IMG/VR virus record: IMGVR_UViG_3300010344_000850
Coordinates: 1-64,000 of that record
Length of the DNA stretch: 64,000 bases
Strand: one strand, 5' to 3'
Origin: a virus
Lineage: Duplodnaviria > Caudoviricetes
The notes under the pieces were generated by a model that saw only the letters and a program-made list of their open reading frames with translations, searched no databases and had not been told where the DNA came from. Position numbers and translations under genes: made by a program. Every line of letters begins with the position of its first letter. Position 1 is the first letter of the stretch. Shown in pieces: positions 36,225 through 46,361 of this stretch.

Positions 36225-36800
36225 ATGAACACTGAATATTTAGAAAAACTTTACGGTAAGGATAATCGTTTAGAAGAATTTTTTAGTCTAGTAGCCTCTC
36301 AGCTTCTTTACGGAGGAAAAAAATACGCTCTAAAAGGAGCTAAGTCTAGAGAAAGTACTGATGAGCTTTTTGATATTCACGGAATGACTTGGTTGTTTGG
36401 GACAATCCACAAGTACTGCTTTCGCTTCTCTAATCTCAAGAGAGAACGAGATTTACTTAAGATAGCGACTTATGCTTATTTAGTTTGGTTAAAGAGGGGA
36501 TTTTTCTGTAAAGCGTCAGGGGTTTCCGAAGGATTAGATACTTCTCTAGCTATTAAGGAAATGTTCTTTCCGACCTTTCAGAGTTTAGTGACTGATTTCA
36601 GTAAACATTTTTCAGTCAAAGGCGAACCTATTCAGGTTATCGCTAATTTAATGTCGATGTGGTCAAACGGAATGTGGAGCGATATATCGGAAGAAGCTAT
36701 TTTCACTGTCTTTTTGCTTTCCTACTCTGTTTGGGAAGCAGAGGGATGGAAAGGAGAAGACCAAGACATCAACAACGAAGAAAAGTCTAAGGTCGGATAA
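36225..36800 (+). CDS. hypothetical protein (weak DUF3310/all-alpha NTP-PPase resemblance)
   Basis: GTIHKY..RF...ERDLLKIA.YA pattern; family uncertain. Confidence 0.55.
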   Translation: MNTEYLEKLYGKDNRLEEFFSLVASQLLYGGKKYALKGAKSRESTDELFDIHGMTWLFGTIHKYCFRFSNLKRERDLLKIATYAYLVWLKRGFFCKASGVSEGLDTSLAIKEMFFPTFQSLVTDFSKHFSVKGEPIQVIANLMSMWSNGMWSDISEEAIFTVFLLSYSVWEAEGWKGEDQDINNEEKSKVG

Positions 36801-36801
36801 T

Positions 36802-36993
36802 ATGAAAGACGAAGATTTGTTTGAAGAAGAACAGTACTTAGATATTGTAGGTTATTGCATTTACTGTAAGGAACCGATTCAGTTTCAAGAAGAATATGTT
36901 GTTAAGGGGAAAGATTTTTATCATCTTAATTGTTATAATCAATTAACGCAATATTCGGAAGACTATGGAACAGATACAGACGAAGACGTATAA
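36802..36993 (+). CDS. small Zn-binding protein
   Basis: CIYC...H..C. Confidence 0.55.
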   Translation: MKDEDLFEEEQYLDIVGYCIYCKEPIQFQEEYVVKGKDFYHLNCYNQLTQYSEDYGTDTDEDV

Positions 36994-37858
36994 TAAGAGA
37001 GTAGTTCTTGTTGACATTTCATACTTTATGTTTGCTAGTATATTCTCTTACGCTAAAAGAAAAGATTATCCCCCTACTTTTACGGCTTTAAGGATGATGA
37101 TAGGAAATCTTAAGCGAGTAGGTATTCGCCCTGACGATTTAGTTATTCTAGCGGTAGATAGTAAGAAGGGTTCGTGGAGGAAGGAAATTGACCCCGCTTA
37201 TAAAGCTAATCGTAAGGAAAGCCGTGAGAAACATGATATTGATTGGAAGAAACATTTTGAAGAGTTTAATGATTTATATGAGAGGTTAGATGGAGGAACG
37301 CCCTTTCATGTGTTGACAGTAGAGAAATTAGAAGCTGATGATATCATTTCCTTTAGTTGTCGCTATTTTAAAGACAGGGAGTGTATTATTATTAGTGTAG
37401 ACGCTGATTATGAACAGTTAGTAGCGTTTCCTAATGTTAAGCTTTTCAGTCCTATTTCAAAGAGATATAAGACAGTAAAAAATCCTTACGCTGTTTTAGC
37501 TTCTAAGATTAGGAAAGAACAAGCGGATAATTTAATAACGGAAATCCACACAGAGCTGGATTACGAAAAGAGAGAAAAAATTGTCAATCTTCTTAGATTA
37601 CCTGAAGAAATTGATAAAAAGGTCGAGGAAGTAATTCACTTCCTCCCAGAAAAGGACTTCGACTATGAACTAATACCCTTCAATTCGATACGAGAATCTT
37701 TCAAGACGATATACGGAAATGAGAAGTATATTGTTCCTGAGAACTCTTTAAGTCGAGCTGAAAAACGAAAACTCCGTGAGGAGAAGCGGATTCAGAAACT
37801 CAAAGAGAAATACGAAAAAAAATTAAAAAAAATTGAACAGAAAAATAAACTGTTCTAA
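36965..37858 (+). CDS. 5'-3' exonuclease / T4 RNase H-like flap nuclease
   Basis: VLVD, AVD...SWR..I.P.YKANR, EADDII, ISVDADY.QL, DN. Confidence 0.88.
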   Translation: MEQIQTKTYNKRVVLVDISYFMFASIFSYAKRKDYPPTFTALRMMIGNLKRVGIRPDDLVILAVDSKKGSWRKEIDPAYKANRKESREKHDIDWKKHFEEFNDLYERLDGGTPFHVLTVEKLEADDIISFSCRYFKDRECIIISVDADYEQLVAFPNVKLFSPISKRYKTVKNPYAVLASKIRKEQADNLITEIHTELDYEKREKIVNLLRLPEEIDKKVEEVIHFLPEKDFDYELIPFNSIRESFKTIYGNEKYIVPENSLSRAEKRKLREEKRIQKLKEKYEKKLKKIEQKNKLF

Positions 37859-37873
37859 CAAGGAGAACAATCA

Positions 37874-38290
37874 ATGAAAGTGTTAGCAATTGGAAAGGGA
37901 GGAAAAGTTTTTAAGGTCGGAACGAATGAGTCGGATGCGAAGTGGTATGTCACGGATGAGGTAGCGCAGTACGCTAAACAAGTCAAGATAGGTGATGAAA
38001 TTGAACTGAAGGCTAGGGTTGAAGGTAGGAATAACATTCTTACTTTTATCAAGATTACAGGGTCTTCAGCTCCTACAGGAGGTACTACGGCTTCTACTCC
38101 CTCTAGTTATCAGAAAAAGGCGTGGACTCCTTACGAGAAGCCTCAGGAAGTTCAGGACAGTATAAGACGCCAAGCATGCGCCCACGCCGTGAGTAGAACT
38201 CTTATCGGTCTTCAGGGACAGTTTGATGTTAATAACGTTACTGAAATCATTGATGTTCTTTTCGCTAAGTATCTTGATTTAACTAAGTAA
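37874..38290 (+). CDS. putative single-stranded DNA-binding protein
   Basis: N-terminal OB-like beta domain and low-complexity linker; located between the exonuclease and primase-helicase. Confidence 0.5.
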   Translation: MKVLAIGKGGKVFKVGTNESDAKWYVTDEVAQYAKQVKIGDEIELKARVEGRNNILTFIKITGSSAPTGGTTASTPSSYQKKAWTPYEKPQEVQDSIRRQACAHAVSRTLIGLQGQFDVNNVTEIIDVLFAKYLDLTK

Positions 38291-38299
38291 AAAATATAA

Positions 38300-38455
38300 A
38301 AATCGTAACTGTGCTAAAGTGTGAGGATTCGTCACCCTCTTTGAGGCTACAGAGCCTACCCGAAACTATCTAGGAATATAGCGACCGATGACAAACGGTA
38401 AGCCTTACAGATTGTCTAGACAAAAAGTAAGGTCAACGGATAGTAGTTACGATTT
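38300..38455 (+). ncRNA. candidate structured RNA / leader of the primase-helicase gene
   Basis: 11-bp closing stem AAATCGTAACT/AGTTACGATTT enclosing several hairpins; no ORF. Confidence 0.5.
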
Positions 38456-38479
38456 ATTTTTTTAACTGAAAAGGAACTC

Positions 38480-41400
38480 ATGAAAGAAATTCGTCTTAAA
38501 ACTATAGAGTATTTAGAGAAAGTGGTTCCTAATTTTAAAAAGACTAGAGGAAAGAATATCAATTTTACTTGTCCTCAATGTCTTTCTGACGAACCGACTT
38601 GTCATTTAATCTCTCCTACTGTCCCTGTTTTAATGTGTACAAAGTGCGCTTCACAGGGAAAGGGAAGATTAGGATATGTAGATGAGTACTACGCTAAAGT
38701 CAGAAATTGTACGCCTGATGAAGTATTACAGGATATTGTTAAAGTATTATCTTTAACTACTCCCGCTCCTAAGACGCTTAAAGAATTTCTTGATTTTTAT
38801 GAACAAATGAAATTTGATTTAGTTCCTGTTTCTAGGAATAGTAAAGCTCCGATTGAAATGGCTTGGACTACGAAAACTCATACGGATAGGAAAGAGTGGG
38901 AGAAGTGGTTAGAGAATAAACTGAATATCGGAGTTAAGGCAGGAGAATGTTCTAACGTTACTGTCATTGATATTGATACGGCTGAAATTCCTGAAGAGAT
39001 TGATAAGCTTAAAGGAGAAGAAGTTCTTATTCAGAAGTCTCGTCAAGGATGGCATCTCTTCTATCAGTACGAACCTGAACTTGTTACTACTCGTATTGAT
39101 GAGATGAAGATTGATATTCTTAATAACGGAAAACAATGTATTCTTTATCCCTCTGAGATTGACGGATATTTTAGACAGTTTGTTACTGATTTGAAACCTA
39201 TTCCGAAGATGCCTTCTGCTTTGAAGGATTATATCAAAGAAAAAACAGGAAAGAATCCTGTTACTAAGACCTTCTCTGAAATTCTTAAAGAGGATATTCA
39301 AACAGAGAATTTTCATTCAGACGTTATTCAAGAAGGTAATAGAAATAACTTTATGATTCGTTTAGGAGGAATCTTAAAGAAGGAATTAAATCTAGGACAA
39401 GTTTGTTATACTCTTGATATTATTAATCGTCATTTTTGTAAGCCTTCTTTAGACCCTAGAGAATTTAGAAATCTTGTCAATCAAATTGACAAATATGTTT
39501 CTAATGATTTAAATGATACAACTTCTAAAGTATTAGCTTATCTTAAACTTGTAGGAGAAGCTACAGGACGAGATATTCAAGAAGTATTAGGAGAAAAGAA
39601 AGAGATTGTTGATAAAGTATTAGCTCATCTTATGAGAGAAGGATTAGTTCTCCGTAAGAATAGAATGTACATAGCCGTGAAGAGAGCTGATTGGAAGAAT
39701 GAGTTTCCTACTCTTTCTCCTGAAGTTCCTTTTAAAGTTCCTTATTTCAATGATGTAGCTCATTTTAATTACGGAGACATGATTCTTTTAGGCGGTAGAA
39801 GTAAGGTAGGTAAATGTATTTCCGAGGGATTAGTGTATACAAATCAAGGACTTAGAGACATAGCCGATATAGGAAAAAATCATCCTGATGGAACTTCTAC
39901 TCTAACAAAACATATAAGAGTATATAGCGGAGATTGGAAGAGAAAAACTTTTACTCATCCTAACTATTTTTACAAAGAAAAAGTTAATAATACAATAAAA
40001 ATAACTACTCATCACGGCTACGAGTTAGAGGGTACACCAGACCATCCTATTTTGGTTGTTAAACAAGGAACTAATAATATGTCTGAAACGGAATGGAAAA
40101 AACTCAGAGATATTACAGAAAAAGACGAGGCGGTTTTAGTTACTCCTAAGAACAAACAGTCTAAAAGAATAAAAAAACAATACATTCCTATTTTTAAAGT
40201 ATCCAAACACGCTACAAATTTAAAACATACTGATTTTGACATGAGAATTACTCCTGAAATGAGCAAATTATTCGGCTATATAACAGGAGATGGACATGTC
40301 TATCATAGTAATGTAAGAATTTATCAGAATAGTAAGGATACTCCTATACACGACGAAATTAGACATCTATGTAAAAAAATAGGGCTTCCTTTAAAAGAAA
40401 CAATTTCTAAAAACGGAAATATGATTACATTTATAATTTCCTCTGTAAAGTTTTCTTTTTTCGTTAGAAGAAAGTTATTTGAGATAAGAAACAATAAAAT
40501 ATTTAACATCGGAAGTCGTTTTAGATTCTTTCCTCGTTGTATTTTATCGGCTAATGAAGAAGTACAGATAGGGTTTATAGAAGGTCTTTTTAATTGTGAA
40601 AGTTGGATAAATAAACAAAAGGGAATCAGCGTAGGGCTAACTAATCCAAAGCTAATTAAACAGCTTCACGTTATTCTATTAAAATTTGGAGTAATAAGTA
40701 GACTTAGACTGCGTATAGGATATAAAGGGCACGAGACGGGAAGATTAACTATACCTGCTTATTTCGTACAAAAATTTCTTAAAACCTTTAATTTAGCTAA
40801 ATACAAAAATCATCTTTTTCAAGAAAATAACAAGCTACCTTATAACTTAAAAGAGGTCGGTAAGAATCAATTTAAGGAAGAAGCTTCTTTCTATTTAGAT
40901 AAAATAAAAAAGATTGAATACAAAAATGAAGAAAAATACGTATATGATTTTAATCTAAGTTCAGATAAATATAAAAAAGCTAACAGATTTTGGGTTAATG
41001 GATTTGTTTCTCATAACACTACTCAAGCTATGAATATTATTAAGAGATTCGTAGCTCAAGGAGTTAAGCCCCATTATATGTACCTTGAGACTGGATGTTT
41101 TGACGAAGAAACTGAATTACTAACAAACAACGGTTGGAAGAATTTGGATAGTATACTAGAAACTGACAAGGTTTTAAGTTTAAATCCTATGGAAGGTTTT
41201 TCCGTTTATAAGCCAATTACTCATATTTTTAAAGAGAATTATAAAGGAAAAATGCTTTCGTATAAGAACGATGCTGTTGACTTTAAAATAACCCCTAATC
41301 ATAAAATTTATTATAGAAGTGAGTATGAAGATTTTTATGAATTAGATGAAATTAGAGAGGTTATTAAACATAACAAGAGTATTAGATTTAAAACTAACTT

Positions 41401-42595
41401 TAAATTGAGAGATAATCATTTTCGTGTCTCTGAAATTAAAATAGGTGAAAAATACTTTAACAGAACCGCTTTAATGAAATTTTTAGGATGGTTTATTTCA
41501 GAAGGTAATTTGACAGGTACAGATATTCCTGAACATTCTAAAAAAAGAAAAGTTTGGAAAATTCAAATAACTCAAAGAAAAGAAACCTATAAAAAAGAAC
41601 TCTTAGCTATGTTTTCTGAGCTTGGATTTACTCCAAAAATATCAAGAGGAGAAGTTTACTATATAGACAGTAAGGAATTATATGTTTGGTTAAGAACCTA
41701 CTGTTATCATCCTGAACTAAAAAGGATGAGAAGGTCTTATATTAAATATATTCCTGAAATTGTTATGGAAGCTACTCCTGATGATATTCGAGTATTTTTA
41801 GATTCTTATATTATGGGAGATGGACATTTTTCTATAAGAAAAGATGGAACAAGAATCAATCATATTTCTACAGCTCAAAAACATTTGGCTGATTCCCTAC
41901 AACTTTTAATGTTAAAACTAGGAAAATCAGCTTCTTTAAAATTCTATAAAAACTCAACTCTAGGATGTTATAGAGTAACGGAAATAATTGAAAATGAAGT
42001 TCAAGTCAAAAAAGATAAAATTACAGAAGAGAATTATGACGGAAGAATATGGTGTGTAGAGACAAAGCCTTATCATTTAGTTTTTGCTAGGAGAAACGGA
42101 TATTGTTATTGGTCTGGGAATTCTCGTTTCCTAAAAACGGCTCTAACTTTAGGATTAAAAGAGGGAGATTTTTATCACGCTTTCGTTAGCGACCCTACTA
42201 AAGTTGAATTAGAAAAGAACGCTGTTACTATTTTAGATTGGTTACTTATTGATAATTACGCTGAAACGGATAAGGTTTTAAAGTATTTCGTTGAACAGCT
42301 TAATAAGACTAATGGTTTTCTTATTATCTTTATGCAACTTAAAGAGGGAGATAATTGGTTCGCTCCTAATATGATTCATTTCTTTCCTGCTTTAGCCGCT
42401 AGATATATATATGATAAAGTAGAAACAGGCTACGGAACTACGGGGGCGTGGGTGATTGACGCTGTTCGTGACCCTAAGAATCATAGCAAGGGTGGTAATT
42501 TACCATGCACGTATGACTGGGTTAATAAAACATTAAAACTAAATGGAGAAATTGATGAAAAAGAAGAAAGAAAAGATGAAGACCGTCCCTTTTAG
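38480..42595 (+). CDS. Zn-finger + Prim-Pol (AEP) primase + PriCT + RecA-fold helicase, with two inteins (~628 aa spliced)
   Basis: CPQC..C..C..C; NIGV..G...VTVIDID, GWHLFY, PS; EGNRNN (PriCT); Walker A GGRSKVGK|T; Walker B ILDW. Confidence 0.85.
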   Translation: MKEIRLKTIEYLEKVVPNFKKTRGKNINFTCPQCLSDEPTCHLISPTVPVLMCTKCASQGKGRLGYVDEYYAKVRNCTPDEVLQDIVKVLSLTTPAPKTLKEFLDFYEQMKFDLVPVSRNSKAPIEMAWTTKTHTDRKEWEKWLENKLNIGVKAGECSNVTVIDIDTAEIPEEIDKLKGEEVLIQKSRQGWHLFYQYEPELVTTRIDEMKIDILNNGKQCILYPSEIDGYFRQFVTDLKPIPKMPSALKDYIKEKTGKNPVTKTFSEILKEDIQTENFHSDVIQEGNRNNFMIRLGGILKKELNLGQVCYTLDIINRHFCKPSLDPREFRNLVNQIDKYVSNDLNDTTSKVLAYLKLVGEATGRDIQEVLGEKKEIVDKVLAHLMREGLVLRKNRMYIAVKRADWKNEFPTLSPEVPFKVPYFNDVAHFNYGDMILLGGRSKVGKCISEGLVYTNQGLRDIADIGKNHPDGTSTLTKHIRVYSGDWKRKTFTHPNYFYKEKVNNTIKITTHHGYELEGTPDHPILVVKQGTNNMSETEWKKLRDITEKDEAVLVTPKNKQSKRIKKQYIPIFKVSKHATNLKHTDFDMRITPEMSKLFGYITGDGHVYHSNVRIYQNSKDTPIHDEIRHLCKKIGLPLKETISKNGNMITFIISSVKFSFFVRRKLFEIRNNKIFNIGSRFRFFPRCILSANEEVQIGFIEGLFNCESWINKQKGISVGLTNPKLIKQLHVILLKFGVISRLRLRIGYKGHETGRLTIPAYFVQKFLKTFNLAKYKNHLFQENNKLPYNLKEVGKNQFKEEASFYLDKIKKIEYKNEEKYVYDFNLSSDKYKKANRFWVNGFVSHNTTQAMNIIKRFVAQGVKPHYMYLETGCFDEETELLTNNGWKNLDSILETDKVLSLNPMEGFSVYKPITHIFKENYKGKMLSYKNDAVDFKITPNHKIYYRSEYEDFYELDEIREVIKHNKSIRFKTNFKLRDNHFRVSEIKIGEKYFNRTALMKFLGWFISEGNLTGTDIPEHSKKRKVWKIQITQRKETYKKELLAMFSELGFTPKISRGEVYYIDSKELYVWLRTYCYHPELKRMRRSYIKYIPEIVMEATPDDIRVFLDSYIMGDGHFSIRKDGTRINHISTAQKHLADSLQLLMLKLGKSASLKFYKNSTLGCYRVTEIIENEVQVKKDKITEENYDGRIWCVETKPYHLVFARRNGYCYWSGNSRFLKTALTLGLKEGDFYHAFVSDPTKVELEKNAVTILDWLLIDNYAETDKVLKYFVEQLNKTNGFLIIFMQLKEGDNWFAPNMIHFFPALAARYIYDKVETGYGTTGAWVIDAVRDPKNHSKGGNLPCTYDWVNKTLKLNGEIDEKEERKDEDRPF
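39815..41017 (+). mobile_element. intein 1 (401 aa, LAGLIDADG) in the helicase Walker A motif
   Basis: GK|CISEG start, GT.DHP, LFGYITGDG, FIEGLFNCES, VYDF...FWVNGFVSHN|T. Confidence 0.9.
41096..42121 (+). mobile_element. intein 2 (342 aa, LAGLIDADG) in the helicase domain
   Basis: ETG|CFDEETE start, ITPNH, FLGWFISEG, FLDSYIMGDG, YDG.IWCV...RRNG...WSGN|S. Confidence 0.9.
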
Positions 42596-42911
42596 GAAGT
42601 ATTTTTATGAATGTTCTTGTAGCGGAGAAGGACTGATTACTGACGAGGACGAGAATTCTATTTATGTTTCGCTGTGGAAATTGGGATTCGGTCAGAAGAG
42701 TCACAGTAGTTTAAGAGAAAGGTTAAGATGGGCTTGGAATCTCTTAACAAAAGGAACTCCTGATATTTCAATTTGGACAGATTACGTGATGTTTACTCCT
42801 GATACGGCTATTGAAATATCAGAGGATTTATTCGCTAGAGGAGTTAGATTAAAACAAACCTCTACTTTGAATAAGAAGGTGAAGAAGAATGTCTCTAAAA
42901 AAGAAAATTGA
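42543..42911 (+). CDS. hypothetical protein (start probably 42576)
   Basis: FYECSC..E; operon context. Confidence 0.55.
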   Translation: MEKLMKKKKEKMKTVPFRKYFYECSCSGEGLITDEDENSIYVSLWKLGFGQKSHSSLRERLRWAWNLLTKGTPDISIWTDYVMFTPDTAIEISEDLFARGVRLKQTSTLNKKVKKNVSKKEN

Positions 42912-43245
42912 CCATCGTGCATTTGTAAACAAGTATTTTAAAGACCCGACTCATCATTTACCTATGATATCGGGAACAGGGCATAACACTCCTAAATATG
43001 TTTCTCCTAATATTAAAAAAGCTAAGAAGTTAAGGAAATATAAAACAGTACATGAGTGTTATTGCGGAAACACAGAGGAGAGAGAATCTATATTAAGAAA
43101 TACTTTAATGTTTCTTAATAAAAAATCTTTTGTAGCTTGTTCTAGATGTACAAATTTAATGAAATTGAAAAGAATCGAGGAAAATATATTTGTTATAATA
43201 TATTTATACGCTAATTGCTTATTACAGAGTTTGAAAAGAAAATAG
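42889..43245 (+). CDS. hypothetical Zn-ribbon protein
   Basis: CYC...CSRC. Confidence 0.5.
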   Translation: MSLKKKIDHRAFVNKYFKDPTHHLPMISGTGHNTPKYVSPNIKKAKKLRKYKTVHECYCGNTEERESILRNTLMFLNKKSFVACSRCTNLMKLKRIEENIFVIIYLYANCLLQSLKRK

Positions 43246-43718
43246 GAAGACCGCTTAAAAGAAATATTACAGTCCTCGGACTTGATACAGCAACCAAGAG
43301 CGGTTGGTGCATTCTAAAAACAACGAAGAAGAATATTACTTTTAAGTACGGAACATTTAGGGTAGAGACAAAAGAAACCTATTCTAAATACAACGAAGTA
43401 ATTAGACTGTTTCAAGAGTTAATTCAACCTAATCATAAAGTAGTTATTGAGGATACTTTCTTTAGATTTAATCCCAGAATGTACTGTATGATATCAAGGA
43501 TCGGAGCTATCGCTTATACTATAGCTCATCTTAAGGGCTGTGAAGTAGAGTATATTCTAGCTACTTCCGCTAGATGTAGATTAGGTTTAAAAGGAAACGG
43601 AAAGAAAGAAGATATACAAGCTGAGTTTCTTAGAATGACAGATATTAAAGAGTTGGATAATGATATTGTGGATGCTGCAATCTTGGCTGTAGGCGGAGCT
43701 ATTGAAAAGCTGATTTAA
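43215..43718 (+). CDS. RuvC-like Holliday junction resolvase
   Basis: VLGLD.AT.SGW, VVIED.F, K, D..DA..LA catalytic pattern. Confidence 0.8.
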   Translation: MLITEFEKKIGRPLKRNITVLGLDTATKSGWCILKTTKKNITFKYGTFRVETKETYSKYNEVIRLFQELIQPNHKVVIEDTFFRFNPRMYCMISRIGAIAYTIAHLKGCEVEYILATSARCRLGLKGNGKKEDIQAEFLRMTDIKELDNDIVDAAILAVGGAIEKLI

Positions 43719-43732
43719 CCACAAGATTTCAC

Positions 43733-43761
43733 TTGACAAATTTAAAAACGTATGATAGAAT
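43733..43761 (+). promoter_or_regulatory. extended -10 sigma70 promoter
   Basis: TTGACA, 17 bp, TGaTAGAAT. Confidence 0.7.
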
Positions 43762-43770
43762 AAAGGTTCT

Positions 43771-44154
43771 ATGAGTAAAGAAGAAAATAAGAAAACAGTT
43801 AAAGGATTGAAACAGATGTCAGATAAAGATAATTCATTAGAGCATTTTTGCGCTAACCATTTAAAGGAAATAGACCCTACCGCTAGAAAAAGTAGAGGTT
43901 CAGGGTGCGGAAATGAGATAGCTGATATTAGTAATAAGTACTTTTATGTGGAATGCAAACAGCAATTAACACGTGAAAACTTCACTTTTGATAGGAAGGT
44001 ATGGTTGAAACATTTGAGCGGATTACCTATTGTAACAAAGAAGATTCCTTTTATGTGTTATGAAAATAAATTACATGAAAGATATGTAGTATTAGAAGCA
44101 GAAGACTTTTTTAAAATTGTTAAAAATCTTATAAAAGAAAAGGGAGAAATTTAA
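43771..44154 (+). CDS. PD-(D/E)XK nuclease, Hjc-like resolvase
   Basis: E...A, GSG.G...AD......VECK. Confidence 0.65.
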   Translation: MSKEENKKTVKGLKQMSDKDNSLEHFCANHLKEIDPTARKSRGSGCGNEIADISNKYFYVECKQQLTRENFTFDRKVWLKHLSGLPIVTKKIPFMCYENKLHERYVVLEAEDFFKIVKNLIKEKGEI

Positions 44155-44540
44155 TGTTAGTTAAATTGAATAAACTTTGGAACTCACAGAAGGCGTTAGG
44201 GGCTTTAAATATTATTAAGGATTTACCTATTAAAACGAGCTATTGGATAGGGAAAAATACGAAGAAGATTTCTAGAGAAATTGAACTCATTGAAGAGAAG
44301 CGTAGGGATTTAGTCAAGAAATACGGAACTGAAAATGAGAAGAAAGAAACTTCTGTTCCTCAGGAAAAGATGGAGGAATTTACAAAGGAGTTTTACGACC
44401 TTCTTGATACTGAAATTGAAGTTGATTTGAGGCTTTTTAATATTGATGAGTTTACAGGAAAAAGCGGATTGACAGGACAGGACATGTTACAGCTCGATTT
44501 TCTTTTTCAAGACAATGAACCTAAAACAGAGGCTAAGTAA
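44154..44540 (+). CDS. conserved phage hypothetical protein
   Basis: LP.K.SY.I.KN...E...R..L.KKYG...L...E.E pattern common in phages. Confidence 0.65.
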   Translation: MLVKLNKLWNSQKALGALNIIKDLPIKTSYWIGKNTKKISREIELIEEKRRDLVKKYGTENEKKETSVPQEKMEEFTKEFYDLLDTEIEVDLRLFNIDEFTGKSGLTGQDMLQLDFLFQDNEPKTEAK

Positions 44541-44546
44541 AAACCA

Positions 44547-45491
44547 ATGGGACGACCGAAAAAAATCAAATCTACTGAAGTTCTTGTGAAAGAAGCTGAG
44601 ACTGAAATTAAGAAAGCCGTAGCTGATAAACACGATGACGCTCGTAAAGCTAAACTTCGTAAACTTCTTCAGGATATTAATAAGAAGTATGAAATTGACG
44701 CTGTTCATTTCGGAAGCGAGGAGAAGGAGTGGGAGAAGATTGGTTTCGGTGTTCCTCCTATTGATGAGATGTTAGGGGGCGGTATTCCGAGAGGTAGGTT
44801 TTCCGTTCTGTGGGGGCCACCCAAAACAGGGAAGACTACGCTTGTTTATAATATGATAGCTAACGCTCAAAAGAAAGGGTTGGCGGTTTGTTTGATGGCT
44901 CTTGAGGGATTTGACGCTGAGAGAGCTAAACTTTTCGGAGTTGATTTAGAGACTCTTGTTGTCGGTCGTTTCCCTAAAGCTGAACAGTCTTTAGATACGC
45001 TTATTAAGCTTTCTAAGGATAAGGTTGTTGATTTAATTATTGTAGATAGTATTCACAGTATGGCTCCTAAAGGAGAATTAGAGGAAGGAAAAGCGGGGAA
45101 AGAAAAAAGTACTGAAGCGGATACAATGGCTCTACTCGCTAGAAAACTATCTCAGTTTTTTAGGATGGCTACTGACCCTGTTTATCGAGGAAATGTAGCG
45201 GTTCTTCTTATCGGACAGACTAGGACTAGTGTAGGGTTTATTGCTTTTGAACAATTAAGCGGAGGGAACGCCTTATTGCACTCAGCTAAGTTAATTATGC
45301 ACCTTCGGAGGGGTCAGAAGGCAGACGCTCCTGTAGAACGATTTAAAGACGATGAAGGGAAGAAACAGGAAATTATTATCGGCTTTGATACAGCGATTAA
45401 ACTTGAGAAAGTTCAAGTACCTAATTGTAGCCCTGAAGGTTCTGAACTTCACCTTCCTTACCACTATGATAAAGGCTTTGTATGGGAGTAA
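44547..45491 (+). CDS. recA: RecA/UvsX recombinase
   Basis: D.MLGGGIPRGR...WGP..TGKTTL, D..RA..FGVD, IIVDS, ALLARKLSQ, GG.AL.H. Confidence 0.9.
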   Translation: MGRPKKIKSTEVLVKEAETEIKKAVADKHDDARKAKLRKLLQDINKKYEIDAVHFGSEEKEWEKIGFGVPPIDEMLGGGIPRGRFSVLWGPPKTGKTTLVYNMIANAQKKGLAVCLMALEGFDAERAKLFGVDLETLVVGRFPKAEQSLDTLIKLSKDKVVDLIIVDSIHSMAPKGELEEGKAGKEKSTEADTMALLARKLSQFFRMATDPVYRGNVAVLLIGQTRTSVGFIAFEQLSGGNALLHSAKLIMHLRRGQKADAPVERFKDDEGKKQEIIIGFDTAIKLEKVQVPNCSPEGSELHLPYHYDKGFVWE

Positions 45492-45552
45492 ATTCTTTTA
45501 GTATCGGTAATCCTAATTACACTACTCATAATGATGATTGGAGTGAAAAATA

Positions 45553-45777
45553 ATGGCTAAGAGTTCTAGTAAATCAAGTAACTATTCAAATGAACGAAGA
45601 TTAGTTAATAAGAGAAAGAAACAGGATAAAAAAGCTCTTAAATTAGAGAAAAGGAAAGAATGGCGTCTAAAAAAGTACGCTGAAAAGAAACTTGAAGAAA
45701 TGTCTAATACTACTCGTAGGTTATTGAAGAAGTGGACTAAGGATGAGAAATATAACCGAAAGAGTAATAAACTGTGA
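45553..45777 (+). CDS. small basic hypothetical protein
   Basis: SD GGAG; highly Lys/Arg-rich. Confidence 0.5.
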   Translation: MAKSSSKSSNYSNERRLVNKRKKQDKKALKLEKRKEWRLKKYAEKKLEEMSNTTRRLLKKWTKDEKYNRKSNKL

Positions 45778-45914
45778 ACAAAAAATGTAAGGAATGTAAT
45801 AGTGAAGTAGTTTTTATGGACGATTCAATTAATGACGACAGTAGTTCAGGTTTTTACTTGTGTCCGAATTGTCACGAAATGTACTCAATCGAAGAAATCG
45901 AAAAAGGAGATTAA

Positions 45915-46361
45915 ATGAAATACGAAGAGATAGATTCATATTTTACTGATTCTGAAAGCGTTCTAGAGATTCTCCCTATTTGTAGCGAACAGTTTACTCG
46001 TATTGATGAAATCGGAGGGATTTTAAGAAACAGGGGATTTTCAACACCTGTGGAAATCGAAGCTCTCCTGAAGGAACTCAACGGAATCAATATTTTCTTG
46101 ACTCCGATTTTAGGTGTAGCTACTACGGCTAAGACTGAAAACGAGGACAGGGAATATCATGAACGAAAGATGATGTTAGAAAAAGAAGGAGCTAAGGTAG
46201 TAGACGCTGTTTTAAATCGTGAGGCTTCTTTCGCTATTTCTAATTATCGTAGAGTTCGTAATGTTATTGAGGCGTATATTTCAGTAGTGAATACTCTTAT
46301 TATGAGTTCTCAATCTCTTCTTAAGAACAGCGAAAGGGAAAGACAGAATGTTGTTTCTTAG
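45915..46361 (+). CDS. helical protein, possibly UvsY-like recombination mediator
   Basis: 148-aa all-helical protein between recA and polB; assignment from context and size only. Confidence 0.45.
   Translation: MKYEEIDSYFTDSESVLEILPICSEQFTRIDEIGGILRNRGFSTPVEIEALLKELNGINIFLTPILGVATTAKTENEDREYHERKMMLEKEGAKVVDAVLNREASFAISNYRRVRNVIEAYISVVNTLIMSSQSLLKNSERERQNVVS

Noticed and set aside
38380-38400. Hammerhead-like CCGATGA core
   Set aside because: Not CUGAnGA, and no correctly placed GAAA/stem II arrangement.
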